Below are positions 1 through 8,625 of a stretch of 64,000 bases of DNA, one piece after another. Position 1 is the stretch's first letter; each line of letters starts with the position of its first letter. Where the stretch lies: assembly GCA_028696995.1 (NCBI GenBank), contig JAQVFY010000001.1, forward strand, positions 18,444 to 82,443. Direction: 5' to 3'. Made by a program: the position numbers and the translations under genes. This DNA comes from Patescibacteria group bacterium. GTDB taxonomy: Bacteria; Patescibacteriota; Patescibacteriia; Patescibacteriales; UBA12465. The notes beneath the pieces are model-generated. The model was not told the origin of the DNA and made no database searches. It saw only the letters and a list, made by a program, of their open reading frames with translations.

Positions 1-134
1 AATTGAAGAGTCAATTTAATGATTTTATTACTAAATTAAAAGATAATTGGAATTAAAGAGGAAGTATTCTGAGTTTTTGGAGAAATTATCGCATAGAATC
101 GCTTGCTTTTAGTTTGCGACCACACGATTTAAAT

Positions 135-205
135 TCGGGGATCGTCTAATGGTAGGACTGCAGGTTCTGGTCCTGTATATCTGGGTTCGAATCCTAGTCC
201 CCGAG
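135..205 (+). tRNA. tRNA-Gln(CTG)
   Basis: Acceptor stem TCGGGGA/TCCCCGA plus discriminator G; D-loop TAATGGTAGGAC; anticodon arm GCAGG-TT-CTG-GT-CCTGT; T-arm CTGGG-TTCGAAT-CCTAG. CCA not encoded. Confidence 0.95.
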
Positions 206-311
206 CATAATAAAAATATGGTTTATTTTATCTATATTTTAGACTTGAATTAAATTTTTAAAATAATATTTTTTGATGTATACTTTATATGTAATAATTA
301 TAGACAAATAT

Positions 312-653
312 ATGAAATTTATAAATAATAAGGATTGGATTAAAGGCGAGAGTTATCAAAAAAGAATTTTATTAAATAGTTTTAATCAATCAATTAACTT
401 GATTGAAGATGTGATAGTAAAAACTAATGGAGTTATTCCTTTACATGTTCATAATTTCACAGATGAAATTTTTTATATTGTTAAAAATTCAGCTACTATG
501 ATTGTTGAAGATGAAAAATTTGAAGTTAGGGAAGGTGATATGATTTATGTAGATAAAAAAGAAAAGCATGGTTTTGAGAATAAAAGTGATTTAGAATTAA
601 AGATGCTTGTTATGAAAATTAATTTTAAAGAAGGGGACTCTTATTTAAAATAG
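312..653 (+). CDS. Cupin-domain protein
   Basis: Cupin motifs PLHVHNFTDEIFYIV and GDMIYVDKKEKHGFEN; ATG at 312 (MKFINNKDW) preferred over the upstream TTG. Confidence 0.8.
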   Translation: MKFINNKDWIKGESYQKRILLNSFNQSINLIEDVIVKTNGVIPLHVHNFTDEIFYIVKNSATMIVEDEKFEVREGDMIYVDKKEKHGFENKSDLELKMLVMKINFKEGDSYLK

Positions 654-663
654 TTTGAACATC

Positions 664-789
664 GTTCACGACCTCAAGCTACGTAAAATAAAAAAACCAC
701 GTATAGTCTTTGGCACGTGGTTGTTTTTATCACGTGGCGCAGTCGCATGTGAGTGAAGTCGCTTGCGACGAATGAGCTATACGTGACCC
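664..789. repeat. CACGT-bounded palindromic (REP-like) element, composite copy
   Basis: Nested inverted repeats (AACCACGT..ACGTGGTT; GTCGCA..TGCGAC). The core CACGTG..AGTCGCAT..GAGYTATACGTG recurs inverted at 44797-44834 and partially at 63533-63551. Confidence 0.7.
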
Positions 790-881
790 TATATTTACTT
801 AATAATACATTATTTGTAAATAGCTAGTTTGAATATAAAAATATATTATTTATCTTATTTTTATTTTTTGTATTTTATTTT

Positions 882-914
882 AAAAAGCACTCCGTGTTTA
901 GAGTGCTTTTTTTT
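882..914. terminator. Intrinsic terminator downstream of pyrD (bidirectional form)
   Basis: AAAAAGCACTC-cgtgttta-GAGTGCTTTTTTTT. Confidence 0.75.
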
Positions 915-925
915 GCAAAGATTAA

Positions 926-1873
926 TCAGAAGATTTCATTGGCGCGATCAATGATCGCTTTAACTCTCCAAGGTCGCAAAATTAGAACAGTGCCAATTTC
1001 GATGGCATTAGCTCCGGCCATCTTCATTTTGTCAACATCATTAGCACTGAATATCCCCCCACTTCCTTTGATTGGCATTGTAATTCCGGCTGATCGCAGA
1101 TCTTTAATCTTATTTAAAACCAGCGGTAAAATTACTTTTCCAGATAGTCCACCACCACCCAAATGTTGTAAGGGTGATTCTTTTCTACCTAAAACATTTT
1201 TCCAGTTGATTCCCTCGGTTCCGTAAGGAATGGTGTTGGATAAAGTCAGGACATCACAAAGGCCGCTTCTTTCAATTTCTCTTACCACTTCGGTGTTAAT
1301 CAGAGTGTTAACCTTGAGGTCGATGGGAATTTTTAACCCAGATACTAGTTTTAAAATTTTTAAAGCTTCGTTTGCTAGATCCTTGGTGTTATGTTTGGTA
1401 TTTGGGCAAGAAATATTGATTTGTAATCCAATATTAGTTTTGAATTGCTCTAAATAACCAAGTAATAGAAACAGGAAATCAGTGGTTTCCTTTAATCTTT
1501 GGTCAGGATCATCATTTACAGCCATAAAAGAAATAAAGAAAGGCCGATCAATTTGTTGCCATTTGCCTCTCTCAAATAAAGCGTTAGCTCCTGGTCCGCT
1601 TAAGCCCACAGCATTTAGCATCGCCCCCTTGAGAGGGTATGCTTTAATGCATTTTGGAATTATTTCGCGTGGTTGAAAATTCTCATTCAGGGGCATGTTA
1701 CCAGCTCTTTCGTAGAGAGTTGTAGTCTTGGCAACAAAAGTAGTTCTTTCTATAATTTTAAATCCTGGAACAAAAGCTTTATACCAAAAGTCATACCACC
1801 AACCATCACCAAAAAAATTTAATGATCCTGAGGCCAAGAAACAATTATCAAAATATAAGTTTTTAATGTTCAT
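926..1873 (-). CDS. pyrD: Dihydroorotate dehydrogenase, class 1-like
   Basis: Motifs LNAVGL, NISCPN (catalytic Cys), SNT, GGLSG, GSGGI; SD AGGAGG upstream. Confidence 0.85.
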   Translation of the reverse strand: MNIKNLYFDNCFLASGSLNFFGDGWWYDFWYKAFVPGFKIIERTTFVAKTTTLYERAGNMPLNENFQPREIIPKCIKAYPLKGAMLNAVGLSGPGANALFERGKWQQIDRPFFISFMAVNDDPDQRLKETTDFLFLLLGYLEQFKTNIGLQINISCPNTKHNTKDLANEALKILKLVSGLKIPIDLKVNTLINTEVVREIERSGLCDVLTLSNTIPYGTEGINWKNVLGRKESPLQHLGGGGLSGKVILPLVLNKIKDLRSAGITMPIKGSGGIFSANDVDKMKMAGANAIEIGTVLILRPWRVKAIIDRANEIF

Positions 1874-2023
1874 AATATCCTCCTTTAGGTTGCTATGTTT
1901 TTATTATTTAACCATAATTACTTTATCACCAGGTTTAAAAATTTGCAATGATTGACAAAAAATTTGAAAAATGTTTAAATAAATTTGATCGAATTTGCAT
2001 ATTAACAATAAAACCCTAATCTG

Positions 2024-3094
2024 ATGAAAAAAGATGAAATTACTATTATTAAACCCTTTGATGCTCATGTGCATTTAAGGAGCGGCGACTTGCTTAAAGC
2101 AGTTATTTCCTGTACCACGAACAATTTTAGTAATGCTGTGGTTATGGGAAATTTGCTCGATCCGGTTGATGATTTAAATAAAGCTTTGCTTTATCGACAG
2201 GAAATTATGAGTAATGTCCCAGCTGGTCATAACTTTAAACCGCTTATGTCGGTTATGTTGAATAAAAATTCAAGCCCAGAAAAGATTGAGGAGCTTGCGG
2301 GCATTGTTCAAATTTTAAAATTTATTCCTGGAGCGACTTCTACTAACTCTGAGGCCGGTATTTCCTTCTTTGATTTGTGTGACTTTCGGGAAGCTGAAGA
2401 TGGAAAGTATAGCAAGGTTTTAGAGGCAGCCGAAGCCGCTAATATGGTCTTCTCCATTCATGCTGAGCTCATTAATGATGCTTTTGGCAATCCAATTCCG
2501 GAAGAGCACCGCGAATTTTCCGCATTACCCTTTGTTAAAAGAATAATTGCCAAATTTCCTAAGTTAAAAATAGTAATTGAGCACGTTTCAACTTCAGAGG
2601 CTTGTCGCTTAGTGGAGGAGGCTCCTGATAATGTCGTTGCGACTGTCACCCTGCATCATTTACTTCTGACTGATCAGGATGTTTATGATGATTCCGGAAA
2701 CATTAAAAATATTTTTAATTATTGTAAGCCGGTGGCCAAGCGTGCCAGAGATTTGTCAGTAATTCGAGAATCGGTTTTCTCTGGTAATAAAAAATTCTTT
2801 TTTGGGTCGGATTCTGCTCCACATTTAATTTCCACCAAGTTAGAAAAGGGTGCGGCTGGAATTTTTACAGCACCAATCGCCCTGCAAAAACTAACGGAAA
2901 TATTTGCCGATGCTGGTCACAGTGAAATGTTGGAAAATTTTGTGTCAATTTATGGCCGTGAGTTTTACGGTTTACCAATCCCGGAAGAGAAAGTTACATT
3001 GATTCGGGAAAGACACAAATATCCGGAAGAAATTGGCGGGGTTAAGATTTTGGGTTTGACTGCTAACGAGTTAGAATGGAAGAGGAAGATTTAG
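2024..3094 (+). CDS. pyrC: Dihydroorotase (E. coli-like type II)
   Basis: DAHVHLR, HAE, EHVST, YCKPVAK and GSDSAPH motifs. Confidence 0.9.
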   Translation: MKKDEITIIKPFDAHVHLRSGDLLKAVISCTTNNFSNAVVMGNLLDPVDDLNKALLYRQEIMSNVPAGHNFKPLMSVMLNKNSSPEKIEELAGIVQILKFIPGATSTNSEAGISFFDLCDFREAEDGKYSKVLEAAEAANMVFSIHAELINDAFGNPIPEEHREFSALPFVKRIIAKFPKLKIVIEHVSTSEACRLVEEAPDNVVATVTLHHLLLTDQDVYDDSGNIKNIFNYCKPVAKRARDLSVIRESVFSGNKKFFFGSDSAPHLISTKLEKGAAGIFTAPIALQKLTEIFADAGHSEMLENFVSIYGREFYGLPIPEEKVTLIRERHKYPEEIGGVKILGLTANELEWKRKI

Positions 3095-3124
3095 AAAATT
3101 AGAATGGAAAGTTTAGATAATTAT

Positions 3125-3156
3125 AAAAGGCGCTCTGCAATTGGAGCGCCTCTTTT
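3125..3156. terminator. Bidirectional terminator between convergent pyrC and pyrF-pyrE
   Basis: AAAAGGCGCTC-tgcaattg-GAGCGCCTCTTTT. Confidence 0.75.
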
Positions 3157-3174
3157 ATTTTTGGAATAAATTTC

Positions 3175-4683
3175 TTATTCTTCCTTTTTTTTGTTCATAG
3201 CAGCTTTGAGTTCCGGCCAACTTTGTTTGGCTTTCCAGACGATTTTGCCGGCGGCGATCAACTCAGCCACTTCTGAATCGTCTTGTTGAAATTGTTCCGC
3301 CTTAACAAAGCATACTGATTTAACCGGCAAGTAGTCATAGGAAATCTCTCCGGAGCGGTTTACAGCACAGCCAATTCCCAGAAATTGACCGCCCTTTTCT
3401 TCGATGAGCTCTTTCATTTTTTCAGTCGTGCTGTAATTATTGACCACGTCTTCAATCACGACAATTTTGTCGCCAGGTTTGATTTCGTGACGATCAATGA
3501 TAAGCTCGCTGACTTCCTTGGTTCCATTTATTGGGTCGGCTGGTTTAACAACCTTTTTCTCGGTGAACCCCAATCGGCAAGCCAAATGCTTGGCAGTTAG
3601 ACCGGTCAGGAAAATGCCACCCATAGCAGCTCCTATAATCATGTCGGGCTGAAGGGGCTTTAGTTTTTCGGCCAAAGTTTTGGCAAAGTAATCCAATACT
3701 TCCGGATTTTCTTCGGCCTTGGCAAAGTTGAAGTATTCAAACCCAACTTTGTTTTTTTTCTGTCCGTCCTTGGTTTCATAGGTTCCAGCATAGGCCACCA
3801 GTGGTCCGATAATTTCTCCGGCTTCATTTTTGGCACTGTAATAGCCGTCACAGTTTTTCAGAATTTCCAGGGGAGGAATTTTGAATAGTTTAGCTTCCGC
3901 TTTCTCTATTTCTGCAATGGTTCTTTCCTGGCTTTCTTCAGCACTAATCGGAGGATTGGCCTCAGGATTACCTTTGGTTAATTGAGCCCCCATAACCAGG
4001 AAAGTTGCTCCCAAGCTCATAGCCTCGGCTACTCCTCCCTTTCTTTGTTGATGGTCAGCCAGCATCCAGCTATCACGAATTCCGGGAACAATAAAGCCAT
4101 AAGATTCCGGTAAATTGTTTTTCAGGAAGGACACCTCCTTAACGGAGCAAACAATTAAGTCGAACGGTTCCGCAGGAACTTCGCTCATACTCTTTGCTTT
4201 TTCAATGTATTCGGCTCGGATGTTTTCGATGTCATTTAAGATTTTCATCTTAGCTGTCATCCCGAAGCGTCTTTGACACTCTCCTTCACTGATGTCAGTT
4301 GGAACGCTGATCATAGCGAGTTTAGTTTTTGGAAGGGTTTGACGTAGGGCCAGAATTCCCGAAACACTACAGATAGAAGAAACCGTCAGAATACCCGGCG
4401 CTTGTTTTCCGTATTTTCTGGCGTAATTTTTCAGAGTGGCATCTACATCGAAAACCTTCATGTCCAGAAAAATGTCGATGTTCAACCCAGCTTCGGCAAT
4501 CAGCTCTTTTATTTGGTCGATGATTGCCGGTCCGCCACAGTCTGGATTGTGAATCCCGTCATTAATTTTGATGTAGTCCACAATCTTTCTTAGTTTGGGC
4601 TGGTTTAGATCTTTTTGTATCTTGGCAAAAAGTTCTTCGGCGGTGTTAATGCCATCATAGGGAAGAATTGCTACTTTTCTCAT
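3175..4683 (-). CDS. pyrF-pyrE: Fused OMP decarboxylase (N-term) and orotate phosphoribosyltransferase (C-term)
   Basis: N-half has FLDMKVFD (DxK), IVPGIR, DHQQR, LVMG; C-half has a PRT fold with IIGAAMGG and a PRPP-loop VVIEDVVNNYST. Confidence 0.8.
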   Translation of the reverse strand: MRKVAILPYDGINTAEELFAKIQKDLNQPKLRKIVDYIKINDGIHNPDCGGPAIIDQIKELIAEAGLNIDIFLDMKVFDVDATLKNYARKYGKQAPGILTVSSICSVSGILALRQTLPKTKLAMISVPTDISEGECQRRFGMTAKMKILNDIENIRAEYIEKAKSMSEVPAEPFDLIVCSVKEVSFLKNNLPESYGFIVPGIRDSWMLADHQQRKGGVAEAMSLGATFLVMGAQLTKGNPEANPPISAEESQERTIAEIEKAEAKLFKIPPLEILKNCDGYYSAKNEAGEIIGPLVAYAGTYETKDGQKKNKVGFEYFNFAKAEENPEVLDYFAKTLAEKLKPLQPDMIIGAAMGGIFLTGLTAKHLACRLGFTEKKVVKPADPINGTKEVSELIIDRHEIKPGDKIVVIEDVVNNYSTTEKMKELIEEKGGQFLGIGCAVNRSGEISYDYLPVKSVCFVKAEQFQQDDSEVAELIAAGKIVWKAKQSWPELKAAMNKKKEE

Positions 4684-4709
4684 GTTTGGTTTTTTTGGTT
4701 AATTTAAGT

Positions 4710-4755
4710 TTTTAAAGGACAATAGAACCTTAATAAAAATAAAAATTAAAGTCAA
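4710..4755 (-). promoter_or_regulatory. sigma70 promoter plus boxA-like motif for pyrF-pyrE
   Basis: Minus strand: TTGACT-N17-TAAGGT, then TGTCCTTTAAAA (4710-4721). Confidence 0.55.
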
Positions 4756-4911
4756 GTATTAATAATATTCCAAAACATTTAAAAAAAGAAGACGTTTTTA
4801 ACATCTTCTTTTCTATTAAACAATTATCATATATACTTTAAAAACAAAAAAGCAGTTTTTTTCGCAAGTTCTCTAAGATTTTTTTATTAATTTTTATTTT
4901 TATATTATTTT

Positions 4912-5598
4912 TTATTGCAATTCCTTTTCTTCTCTATTTACTTCCTTAATAATTCTTTTTTTAACTCGATAAAGATTCATAAAAGAAAAAACTAATAATC
5001 CACCCAAGAAGATTCCCCAAACATTCATTAAGAAAAATTTTAAAATATATATAAATAATTCAAATTCTATATTAGATAAAATTAATCCTAGGGAAGTAAG
5101 TGGGGGAATGATAGTAACAGCAATAGCTATTCCCGATAAATAATCTTTGGAGTTTGGTCTAGTCCAAGCATAACTAGCGGTTATGCCAGCAATAATTGAA
5201 ATAGTAAAACTTAGCCAAGATATTTCCATTTTTCTTATTAACATAATATCTAGACTATTGATATTAAAAATAAATCCAATTAGAGTAGAGAATATTATAG
5301 AAAATAAGGTCGCTAAAATAAAGATTTTTATAGATCTTAAAAATACTTTAAAATTAAATATAATCGTCCCTAAAGACATGGCTAAAATAGGGGATAAAAG
5401 TGGAGCAACTATCATTCCAGCAATAACTAGAGCGATATTGTTGCTTACTAGCCCCAAGGCTGTTATTAAGGTTGATAGGCAAACCATTAGATAAAAATCT
5501 GTTTTAGGGGCACTAGAGTTTATGATACTGGAAACGAAATTTTTTTTATTTTCTTGTTCACCGTTTTTTATTCCAATTATTTCTTTAAATTTTAGCAT
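4912..5598 (-). CDS. DUF389/TIGR00341-like membrane protein
   Basis: IAGMIVAPLLSPI and GIAIAVTIIPPL motifs; multiple TM segments. Confidence 0.75.
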   Translation of the reverse strand: MLKFKEIIGIKNGEQENKKNFVSSIINSSAPKTDFYLMVCLSTLITALGLVSNNIALVIAGMIVAPLLSPILAMSLGTIIFNFKVFLRSIKIFILATLFSIIFSTLIGFIFNINSLDIMLIRKMEISWLSFTISIIAGITASYAWTRPNSKDYLSGIAIAVTIIPPLTSLGLILSNIEFELFIYILKFFLMNVWGIFLGGLLVFSFMNLYRVKKRIIKEVNREEKELQ

Positions 5599-5713
5599 AG
5601 ATTAAAAATATTTATTTTTTTATTTTATTATAACTTATTTAATATAATCTTTCAATCATTGTGGACAAGTTATTTTTGTTTTATTTCTTTTTGTGCTAAT
5701 ATTTATTTATATT

Positions 5714-6943
5714 ATGCTAATAAAAATTACAAAATTAAAAATTTTTAATAATTTTCAAAGAAAATTAACTGCTGACTTTAAAATGGTTTTTTTTGGTAGA
5801 GTAGTTATTAATTCAGCTAGTCAGTTGATCGGATTATTTTTACCAATATTCTTGTACAAGTTTTTAGATATGAACTTGTTTTTAGTTATTGTTTATTATT
5901 TATTATTGGACTTTTTATATTTAAATTTTATTATTATCGGTTGTCGCCAAATAATGAACAGAGTGGGGATAAAAAGATCTCTGCAAATAAGTATTATTTT
6001 TGTGTCTTTATATTATGCTTTTTTATTATTGTTAGACAAGTTTTTTGTTTTAAATAATTCTTTTTTAGGTATTAATTTTATTTGGTGGCTTATTCCGGCT
6101 GTCCTTTTTTCTTTAATGTTTCGTCTTACTCATTGGGTTCCTTTTCATACTAATATGGCCGAGTTAACTGATCGTCGTATTAGAGCTAGTCAATTAAGTT
6201 TAATGGAGGCAACTATGATGGTTTTAGGGGCGATTATGCCTATTATTGCTGGACTGGTTTTGTCTTCTTTAGGTTTTTCTTATTTATTTTTAATGACCTT
6301 ATTAATCTTCTTATTATCAATTATACCTTTTAGTTTTACACCAAAAATAGAAGAAAAATTTTCTTGGACTTATAAAAAAACTTGGAAAGTTTTCTTTTCT
6401 AAGAAATTTAGAAAAAATGTTATCTCTTATATGGGAGATGGGGCTGAAAGTATAGTCGGTATAGTAATTTGGCCAATATTTATTTGGAAATTATTAGAAG
6501 GGGATTATCTTCAAATTGGACTTATATCTTCAATTATTATTGTGGCTACAATAGTCTTGCAATTATTAGTTGGTGGTCTTATAGACAAATCTACTAATAG
6601 AAATAAATGGTTAAGATATGGGTCGTTTTTTTATTCTATTGGCTGGATTTTCAAAGTTTTTATTAGTGGGGCTTTACAAATATTTATTTTTTCTACTTAT
6701 CATAACATCAGTAGGATTTTTTCCAGAACTTCATTTGATACTTTGAATTATGATATTGCCTCTAATCAAGGACATTATGTCGATGAATATAATGTTATCA
6801 GGGAAATGGCGATCATGCTTGGGAAGATAATAATGGGTTTAATTATTATTGTAATTGCTCCGTTTTTGCCATTATCTTATATATTTTTATTAGCAGCTTT
6901 GGCTTCACTGTCTATGAGTCTTTTATCCGCGAATAAAAAATAA
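5714..6943 (+). CDS. MFS-like membrane transporter
   Basis: About 12 hydrophobic segments and a GGLIDK loop motif; ATG at 5714 preferred over the upstream GTG. Confidence 0.65.
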   Translation: MLIKITKLKIFNNFQRKLTADFKMVFFGRVVINSASQLIGLFLPIFLYKFLDMNLFLVIVYYLLLDFLYLNFIIIGCRQIMNRVGIKRSLQISIIFVSLYYAFLLLLDKFFVLNNSFLGINFIWWLIPAVLFSLMFRLTHWVPFHTNMAELTDRRIRASQLSLMEATMMVLGAIMPIIAGLVLSSLGFSYLFLMTLLIFLLSIIPFSFTPKIEEKFSWTYKKTWKVFFSKKFRKNVISYMGDGAESIVGIVIWPIFIWKLLEGDYLQIGLISSIIIVATIVLQLLVGGLIDKSTNRNKWLRYGSFFYSIGWIFKVFISGALQIFIFSTYHNISRIFSRTSFDTLNYDIASNQGHYVDEYNVIREMAIMLGKIIMGLIIIVIAPFLPLSYIFLLAALASLSMSLLSANKK

Positions 6944-7043
6944 TGATTTTAATATTTTGTTATTAACTAACAAGAAAGCTCTTCTATTGCTTTTTATAAA
7001 TTAAAGAGATAAGATAGAGGTATTATTAAATAAATTTAAAAAA

Positions 7044-7649
7044 ATGAAAAAATTTAATCAGGGTCGTGATCGTGATTTTAATAGTAGGGGCTCTAGTCGA
7101 AGGCCGGAAAGAGGTGGATTTGGTGGTGGAAATCGTGGAGGTGGTACTATAATGCATAAAGCTGTTTGTTTTGAATGTGGTAAGGATTGTGAGGTTCCTT
7201 TTAAGCCCACGGGTGGTAAGCCAGTTTTTTGTAGTGCTTGTTTTGATAAAAAAGGTGGATCAGAAAGTCGAGTCAGAGGAGGGTTTGACGGAAGATCAGA
7301 AAGAAGTTTTGAAAGAGATAATTCTTTTAAACCTAGATTTGATGATAGAAAATTTAGCGATAATAAAAAACCTTTTAATGACGGCAAATTAGATGAAGTT
7401 ATTGCTAAATTAGATAAAATTATTAGACTGCTTACTCCAGTGATTGATTTAAGAAAAGAAGGTCCAAAAAAGGATGAAATTAAAGCTGTTAATAAAGTGT
7501 TTGAGGTGAAGGCCGTTGAGAAGGAAAAAACAGAGAAGAAAGGTTCTGTTAAGGTAAAAAGTGTTCCAAAGAAAAAAGTTGATAAGAAAACTTCAGCTAA
7601 GATGGCATCTAAGACAAAAATCAAAGTAAAAGCTAAAACTAAAAAATAG
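7044..7649 (+). CDS. CxxC-x17-CxxC zinc-ribbon protein with RG-rich N-term and Lys-rich tail
   Basis: MHKAVCFECGKDCEVPFKPTGGKPVFCSACF signature. Confidence 0.8.
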   Translation: MKKFNQGRDRDFNSRGSSRRPERGGFGGGNRGGGTIMHKAVCFECGKDCEVPFKPTGGKPVFCSACFDKKGGSESRVRGGFDGRSERSFERDNSFKPRFDDRKFSDNKKPFNDGKLDEVIAKLDKIIRLLTPVIDLRKEGPKKDEIKAVNKVFEVKAVEKEKTEKKGSVKVKSVPKKKVDKKTSAKMASKTKIKVKAKTKK

Positions 7650-7710
7650 GGTGGAATTAAATTAAATATTTCTATAATTAAAAGAAGCGTCTTATTAGCG
7701 CTTCTTTTAA

Positions 7711-7757
7711 TTGACTTATTTTAAAAATTTTATTAAAATTATTTATTACTTTAACAA
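7711..7757 (+). promoter_or_regulatory. sigma70 promoter plus boxA-like motif for purN
   Basis: TTGACT-N17-TAAAAT, then ATTACTTTAACA (7745-7756). Confidence 0.55.
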
Positions 7758-7789
7758 TTATAATACTAACTAAAAATAAAGGAGGGCAA

Positions 7790-8470
7790 ATGACTAAGGT
7801 AACAACTGTTTTAATTGCTTCTGGTAGCGGAACAGATGCCAACGCCATAATGGAGGCTTATCGCAAGGGATTTATTCCTGAAATTTCATTAAAAAAGCTT
7901 ATAAGCACAAAAAAAGGGGCTGGTTGTCTGGAAAGGGCCAAGAGGTTTAGGATTGAAACCTTGGTTGTGGACAGGGAATATCTCGGGGGATACGGCTTTA
8001 ACAAAGTCCTATTTTCCGAGCTTCAAAACGTGGGTTGTGAGTTGATTTTCTTGGTCGGATGCGTTGTTAAAATACCTACTATGTTGGATGTTAGTATTTA
8101 TAATATTCATCCGGCCGATATCGAAAAATTTGGAGGAAAGGGAATGTATGGCCTGGCTGTCCATGAAAAAGTTTTATCTGAAGTGTTGGATTTAATCTCT
8201 CGTGGCAAAAAAAGTCCAGATGATCGGTTTTTTACTTATCCGACAGTTCACGAGGCCGTATCAGAATATGATTCGGGGGCGCCGTTGCTTGTGGGAAGTG
8301 TAGAAATTCCAAGAAGTATCATCAAAGATTTACTTGTTGGAAGAATTGATTTGCAGTCAGCTGCCCAGCGTTTGCAAGATGTGGTCTTGCCTTATGAATG
8401 GATGATGTTGCCAACGGCGGTTAAAATAGCTGCTAACAAAATATTGGCCAATACTCCCGTGGGAGGGTAA
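7790..8470 (+). CDS. purN: Phosphoribosylglycinamide formyltransferase
   Basis: ASGSGT, NIHPA, FGGKGMYG, TVH..EYDSG motifs; SD GGAGG. Confidence 0.85.
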   Translation: MTKVTTVLIASGSGTDANAIMEAYRKGFIPEISLKKLISTKKGAGCLERAKRFRIETLVVDREYLGGYGFNKVLFSELQNVGCELIFLVGCVVKIPTMLDVSIYNIHPADIEKFGGKGMYGLAVHEKVLSEVLDLISRGKKSPDDRFFTYPTVHEAVSEYDSGAPLLVGSVEIPRSIIKDLLVGRIDLQSAAQRLQDVVLPYEWMMLPTAVKIAANKILANTPVGG

Positions 8471-8527
8471 ATGTAAAATATCAAAAATTGAGAAAAATGA
8501 ATCTCGTCAAACGGCGAGATTTTTTAA

Positions 8528-8594
8528 TTGACTTTTAGATTATATTTAGTTAAGATAATATAATTACTTTTTGGTAATTATTTGGTCTTTAAAA
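8528..8594 (+). promoter_or_regulatory. sigma70 promoter, small hairpin and boxA-like motif for purL
   Basis: TTGACT-N17-TAAGAT; hairpin ATAATTAC/GTAATTAT at 8560-8581; TGGTCTTTAAAA at 8583-8594. Confidence 0.55.
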
Positions 8595-8625
8595 ATTTAA
8601 TTTACTAATATAAGGAGGAAAAATC

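Noticed and set aside
894-1955. Plus-strand ORFs overlapping pyrD (and similar antisense ORFs across the window, e.g. 7058-7624, 38424-38927, 35108-35452)
   Set aside because: Shadow frames of well-supported genes on the opposite strand; no motifs or initiation signals.
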